64,000 bases of DNA from Ostreococcus lucimarinus. Taxonomy: Eukaryota. Below, piece after piece: positions 23,601 through 34,151 of this stretch. Numbering within the stretch: position 1 is the stretch's first letter; each line of letters opens with the position of its first letter. The stretch is from assembly GCA_000092065.1 (NCBI GenBank), contig CP000582.1; one strand, 5' to 3'. The notes under the pieces were generated by a model. The model ran no database searches. It saw only the letters and a program-made list of their open reading frames with translations, and was not told where the DNA came from. A program made the translations under genes and the position numbers.

Positions 23601-25878
23601 AAAATTTTTCCAACTCGTGCAAACTGATTTCTTCCTGGATAAACATTTGTGCATGTTTAAAAGCTCCGCTTTCGTTGATGCTGATCAAAGCTAACGCAGT
23701 ACGACATGCGAACTCAATTGAAACCGCTAGGCGCAAGTATTCAGCATCAATTGCGCGCGCAACTTTCAGTAAGACATCATGATACACTTGTATTATTCCC
23801 GACTGTCCACACACCGCACATGCGCGGGTACGACACTGTCCAGATCCATGCGACACAGGAGGGAACATAACTTGGAGAAGATCAGAAACAGCTGCGATAT
23901 GCGCTGAGCTATAATTAATTCGCAACTTTTGCCAATCACTGAGCACTTCGATTGCGAATGTGAACAATGCGCTTTTCAACTGATGCCTCAAACACATGGA
24001 AATATTTGAACTGTCCCAAAATAGACATTCCTCAATAATTCTGATCAATATCTCGACAGTTTTCTCACGCTCTACTAATTGGGGAATGAAAGGTTTGAAT
24101 GTTTCCTTGTTTCCTGCAAAGCTGGTTGAGATTTCGGCATAAAGTACCAATATTGCTTTGAAAGGCATTTCAGACGTTCCGTAGTGATGCGATTCACTTA
24201 ACAAGAGTTTGACAGCATTTTCTTTTGACGTTTTGTGCAAGTGGTGGAATAGAGTTTTGATTCGACCATGTCTTTCGCCGCTTGTGTTGACTTCATTTGC
24301 TTCGAAACCACCCAAATGATCGCAACACCGCAAAGTTGTCCTGTAAAGTGCCTCTGCGGCTTCTTGGTGTCCTGTCTCGGCGCACTTCTGTGCAAGCGTG
24401 TGGATAGATCTACGTGTGGCTAAAGTATTGAAGCCATTCAAAAGCACGAGTTGACTCAAGGTGTGCATCGCAATCGAATCGTGTGTGAACTTGTGTTCCA
24501 AGTTATTCGTCTCGAGCTGAATGGCAAGCAGAGCGTTTGATAAGCATAGACTTGGCAATGCAGCACAGAAAGCATGGGGTGTTGTATCAATTTTCAGGCT
24601 ATACTCTGCAAGCTGCGCTCCGATTATAGCGAACTGTCGTATTTGGCATAAGAAGTCTGCGGTGCAATTCAAGTCTGCAGCACCTGCATCATATGCAAAG
24701 CGTTGGACTTCTCGTGCAAGTAAACAAAATGTGTGAAACAAATACTGAGGGTGGTCCAATTCTAATGCTCGTGAAAGCTCAACATTTGCGCACGCCAGTT
24801 CGCGCGACAAAACATTCTGATTGGACCGCAGAGTAAAATGAAGTGCAGTTTTTAGGGTCACAAGAAGCCAAGGTTCAACAGCACTTGGCAACATCGTATC
24901 AAGAAGTCGGAGGGCCTCAGCTTGAGTATCTGTTTTAACCGCTTGCTGCATAAGCTGCTTATAAATTGAAAAGAGCATGTCTTGCGTCATAAGCGCTTGC
25001 ATACGCGTCAAAGTTTCTCTTGAGATATCCTTGGCGCTACTATAGCATACAAGTTTCGTCGAAACTTGGAGCAAATATTCTTTGTTAAAGGTAGAGTTTT
25101 CCAGACAAAAGAGTATGACTTGAACAAATTTCTGCCGCGTATACATGGCCTCAGAAGAATTAGTCAAGCCTGATATCACGATGAAAGCTTTCAAGGCACT
25201 GTTTGTAAAACTGCGAACATATTTATCGGCGAAATCCCCAGACTGAGCAAGAACAAGTTTGAGGACAGGCTGCATGATGTTTGATACCTGTAGATAACCG
25301 TCCACCAGAATTTCCCTTCTATCTGGACTTGCTATCAGCGCGCTGATCAAATTCAAAACCAATCCAATAACCATCGTCACAAAAAGTTTATCTCCTCGTC
25401 GTTCGCCACAAATTTTCTCTACTTGAGATAGATCAAAGTTCTCAGTGCGCAACTGTTGAAAAAGATCTTTGAGTAACGCCCAGCAGTTGTGGATTGTCTT
25501 GTCATTTTCATGTAACGCGGCTAATCTTCGGATCAAAGTATATCGCAGACCAGAAATATTATCATCGTCGCCAGGTTTTCTCAACACCCAGAGCACATCA
25601 CACAGTTTTTCAGCAGCTGCCAAAAAACGTTGACGCTGTGACTTTGATTGTAGCGAAGTGCCAGCCAATAGCTTCAACGTGTCTTGTACTGCAGTAAACA
25701 TGTCTTGCATAAGATGATCTGATAGTGTCTGCAACTGCGATCGGTCTACTCTGATGAGTAAGTTGCAAGCTTCTGTAGTGAGAGCCTCAAAGTTCAGACA
25801 AGCTTTTCCGTATTCTGCTTGAGTGTGCGCGGCGGAATACTGACGGACAAGCCTTGCTATCTGTGCGTGCGAGTCCAT
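20626..25878 (-). CDS. ESP1: Separase (Esp1/ESPL1, peptidase C50), single 5.25-kb exon
   Basis: A 1750-aa ORF. It has a long helical (ARM/TPR-like) N-terminal region and a C-terminal caspase-like C50 domain with the catalytic His (FYLYFGHGGGQD) and Cys (LMGCSSGVYD) dyad. Confidence 0.8.
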   Translation of the reverse strand: MDSHAQIARLVRQYSAAHTQAEYGKACLNFEALTTEACNLLIRVDRSQLQTLSDHLMQDMFTAVQDTLKLLAGTSLQSKSQRQRFLAAAEKLCDVLWVLRKPGDDDNISGLRYTLIRRLAALHENDKTIHNCWALLKDLFQQLRTENFDLSQVEKICGERRGDKLFVTMVIGLVLNLISALIASPDRREILVDGYLQVSNIMQPVLKLVLAQSGDFADKYVRSFTNSALKAFIVISGLTNSSEAMYTRQKFVQVILFCLENSTFNKEYLLQVSTKLVCYSSAKDISRETLTRMQALMTQDMLFSIYKQLMQQAVKTDTQAEALRLLDTMLPSAVEPWLLVTLKTALHFTLRSNQNVLSRELACANVELSRALELDHPQYLFHTFCLLAREVQRFAYDAGAADLNCTADFLCQIRQFAIIGAQLAEYSLKIDTTPHAFCAALPSLCLSNALLAIQLETNNLEHKFTHDSIAMHTLSQLVLLNGFNTLATRRSIHTLAQKCAETGHQEAAEALYRTTLRCCDHLGGFEANEVNTSGERHGRIKTLFHHLHKTSKENAVKLLLSESHHYGTSEMPFKAILVLYAEISTSFAGNKETFKPFIPQLVEREKTVEILIRIIEECLFWDSSNISMCLRHQLKSALFTFAIEVLSDWQKLRINYSSAHIAAVSDLLQVMFPPVSHGSGQCRTRACAVCGQSGIIQVYHDVLLKVARAIDAEYLRLAVSIEFACRTALALISINESGAFKHAQMFIQEEISLHELEKFCRVFEEHLNAKSSDGVRRMFEAIQDICEKLNTLGSTHLSNRLRHFICPETTSHVAAILLAPIPAPCLLLSLHRHRPWQRRISKTCSAHQGRSKLLLAGVAAERGHISEAFSYVEIALSSLRNCLSSYHDSVKEVTGEASICDPKVSYFFVVGTYISALCTKATICAEIGMVSSSLHAFDEALKLSRRVCSHALQGAVHLRKAGTYQRLGRLTEARDELLTYHEVIDGALFRRTQESIFDTRMDVYAKVLSSIIECSCCENEHKSEFRGTNISRVRETIAEISAVVHRRAESRGCQVNAHVDHLQHSLCASLLGPFRSIYARLLYLGVLTPSDDPDTDTSFSLLGALLKDCRNYEPILVALSLSCELKLDFSIVLPLDMPRPGLDSRSPAVCMSIEMRNKVMELLWRCRDTPIILWELQSRLLSLMISDHTQSPCKVASGLQTCYGAVTRSQYLALLTLKTVKWLQCDEAFVRKMRKMKCDQFPQFASAVQCLQVSREEIAELAGVDNALGEKCRQTAITGSPVLTIGIVKCTHTDNDNRRDKLIISRVSGVDGSALCVQIANPFLSEIFHNFSRIIKEQKNLPTSVDSRSSKIVWWEKRLQLDASLRKILSQLDIDVLGAWRVLLLGDLVLQQQQQLRDLYDELMSRLRILASKLDLQLVASASQLLRLLIHGLDCMTDDEFRLALSSLLLNPCEHKSAPVCLVLSSDKQSVLQKISTCEHVADMVTFARKYLAELKRTTSLTNAGCFLQRSAVIVSLDDVTRHFTWESLDSLNNQRIYRTPSVAIAQSIADFQSNTRHAKNISSTFFVLNPTGDLLGTQQQLEPLLTKAGWDGVSGTSPTASELIQSLQSFDFYLYFGHGGGQDILKTGSFQDASICTATVLMGCSSGVYDIMECSSLSSISMLYLLAGAPIVIANMWDVTDRDIDRFSSRLLEQWLSYSMNESPEFQCASDAVRVARYACQLKYLVGAAPIIYGVPTSICRTQELKYRC

Positions 25879-26247
25879 CCCGACTGTGGTACTCTACTCG
25901 CGCATATCTAACTCCATTCTTTTCTCTTTTTCGCTGCTTCCTTTCAGCAGTGACGGCGTTGCCCGAGAGCTGTTTTTTTGAATTCCCTCGCTTGCTCTGG
26001 TGCGCGCTCTCGGCGGTTATCTCTCTCGTTCGAGAGCCGGTGCTTACTGGCGTGAGAACATATATTAACAATCTCTAGTACTATATATTGTATATTTCCA
26101 CTTTTTCGGGTAAATCATGTTATCTCCGCTTTAGTAAAAAAGAGGAGCACATCCACCTGCCATACATATAATGTGGCAAGATATGTCAAACTTTGCCTTT
26201 CTACGTTGGGATTTTGAATCGCCTGTTTTCGAGTAAATTGAACGATA

Positions 26248-26879
26248 TCAAACGGTGTACCGATCCTTTGCCCTACGCTCCAGTCGAATGGCATCATCGT
26301 GTACCATGTACCCGATTTTCTCACTTTCAGGGATGTCCAAAATGTCTTTCAAATGTCGACCAATAGCTACCTGTTCAGGTTCGCTTGACGCTGTCTTTGT
26401 CCACAAGGCGATTCGATGCTGCTTCTGCCGCACACTGATGACGGCTCCGCAAACTTCGGTGGTTTCACTGAATTGCTCGCCAATCATACACAAAAGAAGA
26501 TTCAACCAACTTTCGTCAAGCTCTTCCCCATCTTTCTGCTTTGGGACATAATATGTCCATTTGCCACCTTTTGCGCATGTCTCATCTTCCCACTTTGGCT
26601 CGATGCCCTCCTTGAACAAATGAAAATCCGTACCCATGATTAATTTGGAAGGTGTAAGGATGTTGTTGTACAGACACCAAAAGTCTTCCACAGTGTTGAA
26701 AGTATATACACTCCGAAGTGTTTGTCCCCATGTGGTCTGCTTCTGGCGACTGTGTGCTTCATCATCAATTCGGAATAACTAATTTGATGGAATGTGACTC
26801 ACCCGTTTGGATTATCAAACCACAAAGTCCACGTGTGTTCGAGGGGGTGCTTCGTCATTTGTTTGAAACCCTCGCTCAT
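26248..26879 (-). CDS. EIF4E: Translation initiation factor eIF4E (cap-binding protein). Two exons, 26803..26879 and 26248..26749, with a 53-nt intron.
   Basis: Spliced product is [57 protein letters not shown]...GGKWTYYVP...WLNLLLCMIGEQF...CGAVISVRQKQHRIALWT. This gives the canonical cap-binding Trp residues (HPLQ..WxLWF, EDFW). Donor GTGAGT at 26802, acceptor CACACAG at 26750. The track ORF 26799..27089 over-extends the 5' end. Confidence 0.9.
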
Positions 26880-27220
26880 GTTCGCTCTCGGGTTCGCACG
26901 AGCCCGGGATATTTGACGATATATGTGTACGCGCGCGTGGCGTAGCGGTCTACGTAGCTGTAGAGCGTTCCTGAGCAAACACGGGGTGCGGCGAGCGCAA
27001 GTGTCGGATCTTCCCGAGAAGGGACATACACGACCTGCGTTGCCAACTCTTTTTACACCACACTCTGTACTCAAACGTGAACTCCTCACAACTGATTAGG
27101 GTTTCATCGAAGTGTTTATTTTACACAAATAATAAAAATAAATAAACGAAGAGAGACGCGTCGCGAACCCACGCACGGTTCGCTCGTAGTTCTGCATCGC
27201 CGTGCAAACACACGCGCGAG

Positions 27221-30200
27221 ATGTCGCCGGGCGACGAGGAGTTCGTGCCGCTGGGTGAAGTCGAGGATGACTTGGTCACTTTCGACGAGGAGGTGAGCTT
27301 TCGCTGTACATCAAACAATTCCAGCAATGACGGTCGTTCACTAACAGGCGGCAATGGTGACTCAAGATGAGCAGAAAGCAGAGCTATTGGAATTAAAAGC
27401 GGAGGGAGAACTTCCACTAGATCAGCTACTTCTTCGATACGGAATTCAGCACGCGATTGATAAAGGGGGCAACACGAAGCAAGAGTCGAGGGAAACAGGG
27501 GCAGCTCGACAACCAACAGTTTCCTTGCGCTCCTTAAAAGTGGAGCCCCAGGCAGTAGCTGACAATACTGTTGCGTACAACGAAGCGGTATCCATCGCAG
27601 CTGAAATCACCAGTGAAGAGAACATAATACGTAGCTTCGAAAAGTTGTTGCACAAGACGGAATCGACAAAACCACTCCCACATTTTCCAGAGCCAACGAA
27701 AACGAAAAGTCACTGGCTTCACACGTTGGAGGAAATGTCTTGGCTTTCAGGCGACTTTTCGCGAGAGCGAAAATGGAGGTAAGGAATTCTAAAACCCGAC
27801 AATCTCACGTTTTAAATAAATAATTGACGCTAGGAAACGTTCGGCTTTGAAGGTGGCAACAACACTTTCAAAAATTCGTAAACGAGAAGTTCAAACCGAC
27901 ATGAAAAAGGCACACGAAGAATTAGTACTAGCCCGTAAGACGGCAAAAGCAATCGCAGGGTCTATTCTCACATTTTGGAACAAGGCTAACAAGGTATGCT
28001 TCGAAATTTGCCGCTTTTTTATCAACTCAGATGGCGTTTAGGTATTGTCGTTGCAACGCCAAGCAGCCGACGCACAAGCGCAGAAGATGAAGCTCGACGC
28101 ACAGTTAGGTATAAAACTTACACCTGTCAGAAATTTCACGCCTTACATATCAGTAGATGAGCTCGTCAAGGTCACAGAAGCCTACTCAGCGCGACTCGCC
28201 GCAAAGTTGAATACAAATCAGCCTTTTCCTTGCTACGGTGGAAACGTACGCACAGAGCAAAAACATAACATTGAACCTTCTATTGGCAGTGGATCAAACC
28301 TTTCTGTTCAGACTAGGAGTAACTGTTCTTCTACTGATATACTAGACTTTTCATTGCTCAAACATAGTTTACGTGACTATCAGCTGGAGGGTGTCAGGTG
28401 GTTAAGAAATTGCTATATCAATAATTTGAACGTACTATTGGCAGATGAAATGGGCTTGGGTAAAACTATTCAGACTATCGCTCTTCTTTCTATGCTCGCG
28501 ACCGAGTTTGGAAACTGGGGACCACACTTGATTGTTGTACCCACATCTGTTATGCTCAACTGGGAGGTTGAATTTAAGAAGTGGTGCCCAGCTTTGAAAG
28601 TGTTCACCTATTTTGGTTCTGTTCGCGAGAGGCGTTTGAAGCGGCATGGGTGGAGTAAGCCGAATAGTTTCCACGTTTGCATAACTTCTTATCGCATTGT
28701 TACTCAGGATCAGAGTATCTTTCGACGTAAAAATTGGGAGTATCTAATACTGGATGAGGCCCACATGATAAAGAATTGGCGATCACAGCGTTGGCAAGTA
28801 CTCTTAAATTTTAGTACGAAGCGTAGGCTCTTGATCACTGGCACTCCACTGCAGAATGAATTGATGGAACTGTGGGCGCTGATGCACTTTCTGATGCCAG
28901 ACTTATTTGGATCTCACTCTGAATTCAAAGACTGGTTTGCGAATCCAATGAGTGCTATGGTGGACGGCACTCAGTCGGTAAATGAGTTGATAGTTACCCG
29001 TCTACATTCTATCCTCCGACCATTTATTTTGCGTAGGTTGAAAATGGACGTCGAAAAGACGCTTCCAGAGAAACACGAACACATCGTGAAATGCGTCCTA
29101 TCCCGCCGGCAAAGGCGCCTGTACGAGGAGTACATATCCTCTAACAACACACTCAGGACACTAGCAAGCGGGAACGTCATGGGTGTGATGAACTGTCTCA
29201 TGCAGCTTAGAAAGGTTTGCAATCACCCAGACTTGTTCGCCGGAAGGCAGATATGTAGTCCATTTGATGTGAAACATGTATGTTGGCTATCATATTTCGT
29301 GTTGCTCACGAGTGCGCGCCTCAAATCGGCAAGATGCGGGATTAATCTTCGACTCAGTGGACCAAATGTGGCCGGCAATGGAAAAGAATTGAACCGCTAT
29401 AGATCGCGAGATCGAATTGAAGAACAGCATAATGTCGGCACTTCTTTCATGGAAAATATCGTGCTTCCATTATCAGAAGTACGAGCCGAACGCACAACAT
29501 TTCAAGCGACAAGTCTATCATTTTATGCCGCTCAAGCTCTACTGTCCAATATCACGGCACATACACGTTACGCAACAACTATATTCCCCAAAACAAAACA
29601 TCTATCACAGTTCGGTAGAATTGGCCAATTAGCTTGGTTTGAAGACTCAGCTGTCATAGATAATTTGATTCGCTTCACATTTATTATCCCAAATGTGAGA
29701 TCAACAACGCCATCCGTATGGTCTCTCAATGAATCAACACACTCTAGTGGTGGTCGATTTGAAGAATGCGCTCTCGGTCTTATGGCCCCAATCAGGAAAT
29801 TCGTCGCCAGGCAAAGTATGTTCGTTCCAGATAAACGCTTAGTACAGTTCGATTGCGGTAAATTGCAGATTTTGGCAACACTACTCCGAAAGCTGAAACA
29901 GGACGGTCACAAAGCATTGATATTCACCCAAATGACAAAAATGCTGGATGTATTAGAAGCATTTCTGAACTTGCACGGCTACACATATTGTCGCCTTGAT
30001 GGTAGCACCGGTGCTGAGCAGCGCCAGTTACTCATGCAACGGTTCAATAGCGATAAAAGACTTTTTGTCTTTATTTTGTCAACACGTTCCGGCGGATTTG
30101 GTATCAACTTAACAGGAGCAGACACCGTTATTTTTTATGATTCTGATTGGAATCCGGCGATGGACCAGCAAGCTCAAGATCGCTGCCATCGTATCGGTCA

Positions 30201-30588
30201 GACGCGGGAAGTGCATATTTACCGTTTGATAAGCGAAGGGACAATTGAAGAGAGTATACTTCAGAAAGCGGTCCAGAAACGTGAATTAGACAACATGGCG
30301 ATCCAATTGGGCAATTTCAATACGACGTCATTCAGTACACAGCAGGCACATTCGCAACAACATGCTGTCTCTGGTGAGACTTTGGAAAATGAGGCTATGT
30401 TTGAGCAAAAAAGATTTGAACGAATACATGATGTTGCAGCGCTAGGGGAGAGCGCTGCCGCCCACACGACTGAAAATACTGTAGACGAACACTACAAATC
30501 ACAACTACAGAGTGAAGATACGTTTGACCTGCAAGCACTCTTACCAGTTGAAAAGTATGCGCTCCTCAAGTGCGCTGCACAAAGTTGA
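27221..30588 (+). CDS. SWR1: SWR1/SRCAP-type SNF2 ATPase (H2A.Z exchange). Four exons: 27221..27292, 27348..about 27778, about 27833..27993, 28042..30588 (the middle boundaries are +/-1 nt). About 1070 aa.
   Basis: Exons 2-3 encode an HSA domain (KSHWLHTLEEMSWLSGDFSRERKW-R-KRSALKVATTLSKIRKREVQ...TFWNKANK). Exon 4 has the SRCAP/Swr1 helicase core (LRDYQLEGVRWLRNCYINNLNVLLADEMGLGKTIQTIALLSMLATEFGNWGPHLIVVPTSVMLNWEVEFKKWCPALKV...DEAHMIKNWRSQRWQVLLNF), split by the long insertion typical of the Ino80/Swr1 subfamily before the C-lobe (HKALIFTQMTKMLDVLE...RLDGST...QDRCHRIGQTREVHIYRL). Intron 1 has a perfect CACTAACAG branch/acceptor. Confidence 0.85.
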
Positions 30589-30699
30589 GTGTGAGAAACC
30601 GATGCGAGAGTGTGAGAAACTCTCAGAGTGATGCTTCGATCCATGTCACTTTGAGAGCTCGAAGCTCGAGTTTTATCTCTCAGAGTTTTCAAGATATGC

Positions 30700-31850
30700 T
30701 TTGAATTACATATAACTATAAATGGTTTCTATATGTACCCAAAGATGTTCACTGTTCTACTGAGGTTCTGGACAAAAGTAAAATATATATCTCCATGGAA
30801 AATACCAGTAATCACTTACCTGATCTGTTCATATTCAATCTCCCGTTGTAGACGGCGCTGGCGGATTTTCCGCGGAGTTTTGGTTTCTGGACTTCCCATT
30901 TTCCTTGTTCCCTGTCGCAGAGAGAAGCGTTAGATACAATCCAATATTTTTGCGAGTCTGGCCTACCTCTAAAGCATGTGAGTATCTAGCCGTAGAAAAT
31001 TGGTAGCTAGATTCGTAGACGCCAGCGTTCAATCGTTCCTACATATCGTTTCTCAAATTCGCGCCGTCATAACCTGGAGTAAGGCATACCAGCAACTCAT
31101 TTTCAATACTCGAGTCCAAACGCGCCGCCACTTGAGCCTTGTTTTCACGAAAGTTAATATTCGTATGCAAATTGTGTGCGCGAGAGACTTTACCTTACTT
31201 TCCGCTCTCGCATCGCGCTGTGTATGTCGTGCTGGCATTGTTTGGATTTTTTCCCTAAAGTCAGAGTAAATGAACTCGTCACGAACCAGTTGCACCTGAC
31301 TCACCTCCCAACTTTTTCTAATTTCCTTGAACGTATGAGTAGCTGAGTCAACTTTGTCAGACGTTGCTTGCTCTTGTGAACTAGAAACTTTGGCCTAATC
31401 CGCTTATCACGATCCTGTTCAAACGTTTCGGAATTTACTCACCAATGTCTCAGAGAAGAGTTTATCTGTTCCAGAGCTTCCGCATATTTGGGACTGAGTT
31501 CCGTCTTCTCCCACAACTTTGAAGGCATATGTGAACGCTCTACAGTCTTTGTGTATAGGTTGAGGATGCCTAGTTGAGTAAGTGAATTTCAGAACTTCAC
31601 AGTTCGCTAAGAGTAGCTCACCACACTCTTCTCGAATCGTCGCGTACTGACTGTTTGAAAGTGGACAAGAACTTCGGTTGCACATTCCAGTCAAGCTAAA
31701 TTCATTCCGACAAAAATTGGACGTCTCTGATGTAGCCCTATAGCTACATTGTCCATGGTTAATGATCTGTGTTATAGTATGGATGACGGGAAGAGTAGGA
31801 TCAAAAGTATCGTGCGGGCGCACCTGCCAAACTACTTCGTCACTTTGCAT
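30700..31850 (-). CDS. MAK16: MAK16 (60S pre-ribosome / nucleolar protein, L28e-Mak16 family). Multi-exon with at least 6 short introns. First exons are 31824..31850 and about 31610..31766. The 3' end (about 30700..30840) is approximate.
   Basis: Spliced product is MQSDEVVWQ / [49 protein letters not shown] / [42 protein letters not shown] / [29 protein letters not shown]... / ...[14 protein letters not shown]... This is collinear with yeast Mak16 ([109 protein letters not shown]...LERLKSGVYGD). Introns are 48-58 nt with GTGCGC/GTGAGC/GTGAGT donors. Confidence 0.7.
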
Positions 31851-32029
31851 GGCTTTCGCCAAAGAGGAGAGAGAAGCGCGCGCAGCGGTAGGCTTATATA
31901 TATTCGACGGTATCGACCGATCGGCCAGCGAGCTTCGCTTGTCGTCGAAGATTGACTCGCCAGTACAACCTGCACTCAAAAGACGAGAACGTGCGCGGCG
32001 GCGGAACTAGGAAAAGTATTTTGTCCTTG

Positions 32030-32160
32030 TCATCTGATTGGACTAGGCACTTTAGTGATCGTAACCTAGGCACTAAAGTGCCTAGGTTACGATTCAAATA
32101 GCTTTATATTATATTGTTATATGTATGATATGATATGATATCATATCATACATATCGTGG
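32030..32160. promoter_or_regulatory. Divergent promoter between MAK16 (-) and glutathione reductase (+), containing two nested palindromes
   Basis: At 32042..32100 the sequence ctaggcactttagtgatcgtaacctaggcactaaagtgcctaggttacgat forms a perfect 13-bp stem (gtaacctaggcac / gtgcctaggttac) around a taaa loop. It also forms an overlapping alternative hairpin (ctaggcactttagtg / cactaaagtgcctag). It is followed at about 32120..32152 by the AT-rich palindrome tatgatatgatatgatatcatatcatacata, centred on GATATC. Confidence 0.4.
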
Positions 32161-32253
32161 TACCACGTGTATGTTTTGTGGAGCCTCGACGGCGCGGTGT
32201 GGCCGACCAGGTATGTTCTTTGTCTTTCACGCGGCCGAACTTGACGCATTCGA

Positions 32254-33914
32254 ATGTTAGTCGCTAAACTATCATCACAAGGATTTAATCTCGTTCGTTT
32301 TCAAAAACGGACGGCGCTCCGGGTCGTCGCTTCTGCGAAAAATACGGAGGGTGCCCGCGTGATGCGTACAGCGGCCGTGAGGGGAGCTTCCTCAGAACAT
32401 GGTTTCGACTACGATATTTTCGTCATCGGTAAGTCATACTTTCACATCGCGCGTTTCTAAATCGAATGAATATTGGTAGGTGGGGGATCTGGCGGAGTTC
32501 GCGCGTCGCGAATGGCTTCAAGCGCGGGTGCAAAAGTTGGACTCTGTGAAATGCCTTACGACCCAATAAGTTCAGATAGGACTGGTGGGCTCGGCGGCAC
32601 TTGTGTAATTCGAGGTTGCGTTCCGAAGAAACTATTCGTCTTTGGAAGCGGATTTTCTGCCGATTTCGAAGACGCAAGTGGATTCGGATGGGTGTTGAGT
32701 GAACCCAAGCTAGACTGGAAGAGGCTACTCGACGCAAAATTGAAGGAAACAGAGCGTTTAAATGGGATTTATGAAAGGTTACTTGATGGTTCAGGTGTCA
32801 CATCCTACGTAGGCGCTGGGAAATTATTGGACAATCACACAGTCGAGATAACTGGACAAGAGGTACGAGAAGTTTTTTTCTCTAAACGTGTGCGTGTTGA
32901 AAATGAATATAGGGCTCAAAGGAAAGCGTGACTGCGAGAGATATCCTCATCGCCACCGGGGGGAGAGCTTATGTGCCCGACATCCCTGGTGCAGAGCTTG
33001 GCATAACGTCGGATGAAGCCCTAAACTTGACCGAGCTACCGAAGAAAATGGTGATAGTGGGTAGTGGTTACATTGCAGTCGAGTTTGCTGGTATTTTCGC
33101 TGGACTTGGCGTGGAAGTCGACTTGGTTTATCGTCAAGCCCTTCCTCTTAGAGGCTTTGACGATGATATACGCAGCACAGTCTACTCTAACTTGAAAGAG
33201 AGAGGAATTAATCAAATTTCTAGCTGTCAACTCGTCAGTTTGGACAAACAGTCGGATGGTCGGTTGTTGTTAAGAACGTCTACTGAAGAATTAGAAACGG
33301 ATGTAGTTATCTTTGCGACAGGAAGGATACCAAATACAACTAGACCGAAACTTGGGCTAGAAAGTGTGGGGGTCGAACTTTCTGCAACGGGTGCCATAAA
33401 AGTGGATGAATACAGTAGAACTACGGTGAGCAATATATGGGCTGTTGGTGATGTTACCGATAGAGTCAATTTGACACCGGTTGCGCTTATGGAAGGGATG
33501 GCCTTTGTAGACACAGTCGTAAGGGGTAATCCGACTAAACCGGATTATGAGAATATACCATGTGCAGTATTCTCTCAACCGCCCGTTGCGACCGTCGGTT
33601 TATCAGAAAACGATGCGATTATGAGGGGGGTTCGATGCGATGTTTTCATGTCTTCTTTCACTCCGATGAAATATTCTCTCTCTGGGCGTAAAGAGAAAGC
33701 TCTGATGAAACTGGTAGTTGATTCAGTCAGTCAAAGGGTATTAGGTGTGCACATGGTAGGCCCCGATGCGGCAGAAATACTTCAAGGTTTCGCAACAGCT
33801 CTGAAATGTGGAGCTACCAAGCAGCACTTCGATCAGACTGTTGGTATCCATCCCTCTAGTGCTGAAGAGTTCGTGACAATGCGTTCGTTGACGCGGACAG
33901 TGGGGGGCGAATAG
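32254..33914 (+). CDS. GSR: Glutathione reductase (FAD/NADPH disulfide oxidoreductase) with N-terminal presequence. Three exons: 32254..32428, 32480..32862, 32913..33914.
   Basis: Spliced product is [25 protein letters not shown]... (a presequence) ...[32 protein letters not shown]...[14 protein letters not shown] (the redox-active CxxxxC) ...EITGQE / [60 protein letters not shown]... then the C-terminal dimerisation-domain His region. Introns 32429..32479 (GTAAGT) and 32863..32912 (GTACGA). Confidence 0.9.
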
Positions 33915-34151
33915 GATGTAGGTAAGAATCATGGGCAGCGTTCTCAAGCATCAGGCAAGTACGCACGTTAGTCACACGCGAATTCATCATGAACAACCAA
34001 AGGAAAATCATTTGTCGCTTTGGCTCCATAGTCATGTATCGGCTCTACACTCATATTTAGTTTTAATACGACAACGAATCTAAATACCAGTCAAGCCTAC
34101 TCTCGCTGAACGAGAAAATCATCTGTTTTCGCACAGCATACTCGTAATATA

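Noticed and set aside
27121-27782. ORF 27121..27516 (-) and the overlapping small minus-strand ORFs
   Set aside because: They are antisense to SWR1 exons 1-2, whose HSA domain is unambiguous on the plus strand.
31419-31979. Track ORF 31419..31979 (-) read as an intronless 186-aa protein
   Set aside because: Read-through of in-frame short introns produces non-homologous insertions ([19 protein letters not shown]...). The spliced model gives a clean MAK16 alignment, so the unspliced ORF is an over-call that also over-extends 5' of the true ATG at 31850.
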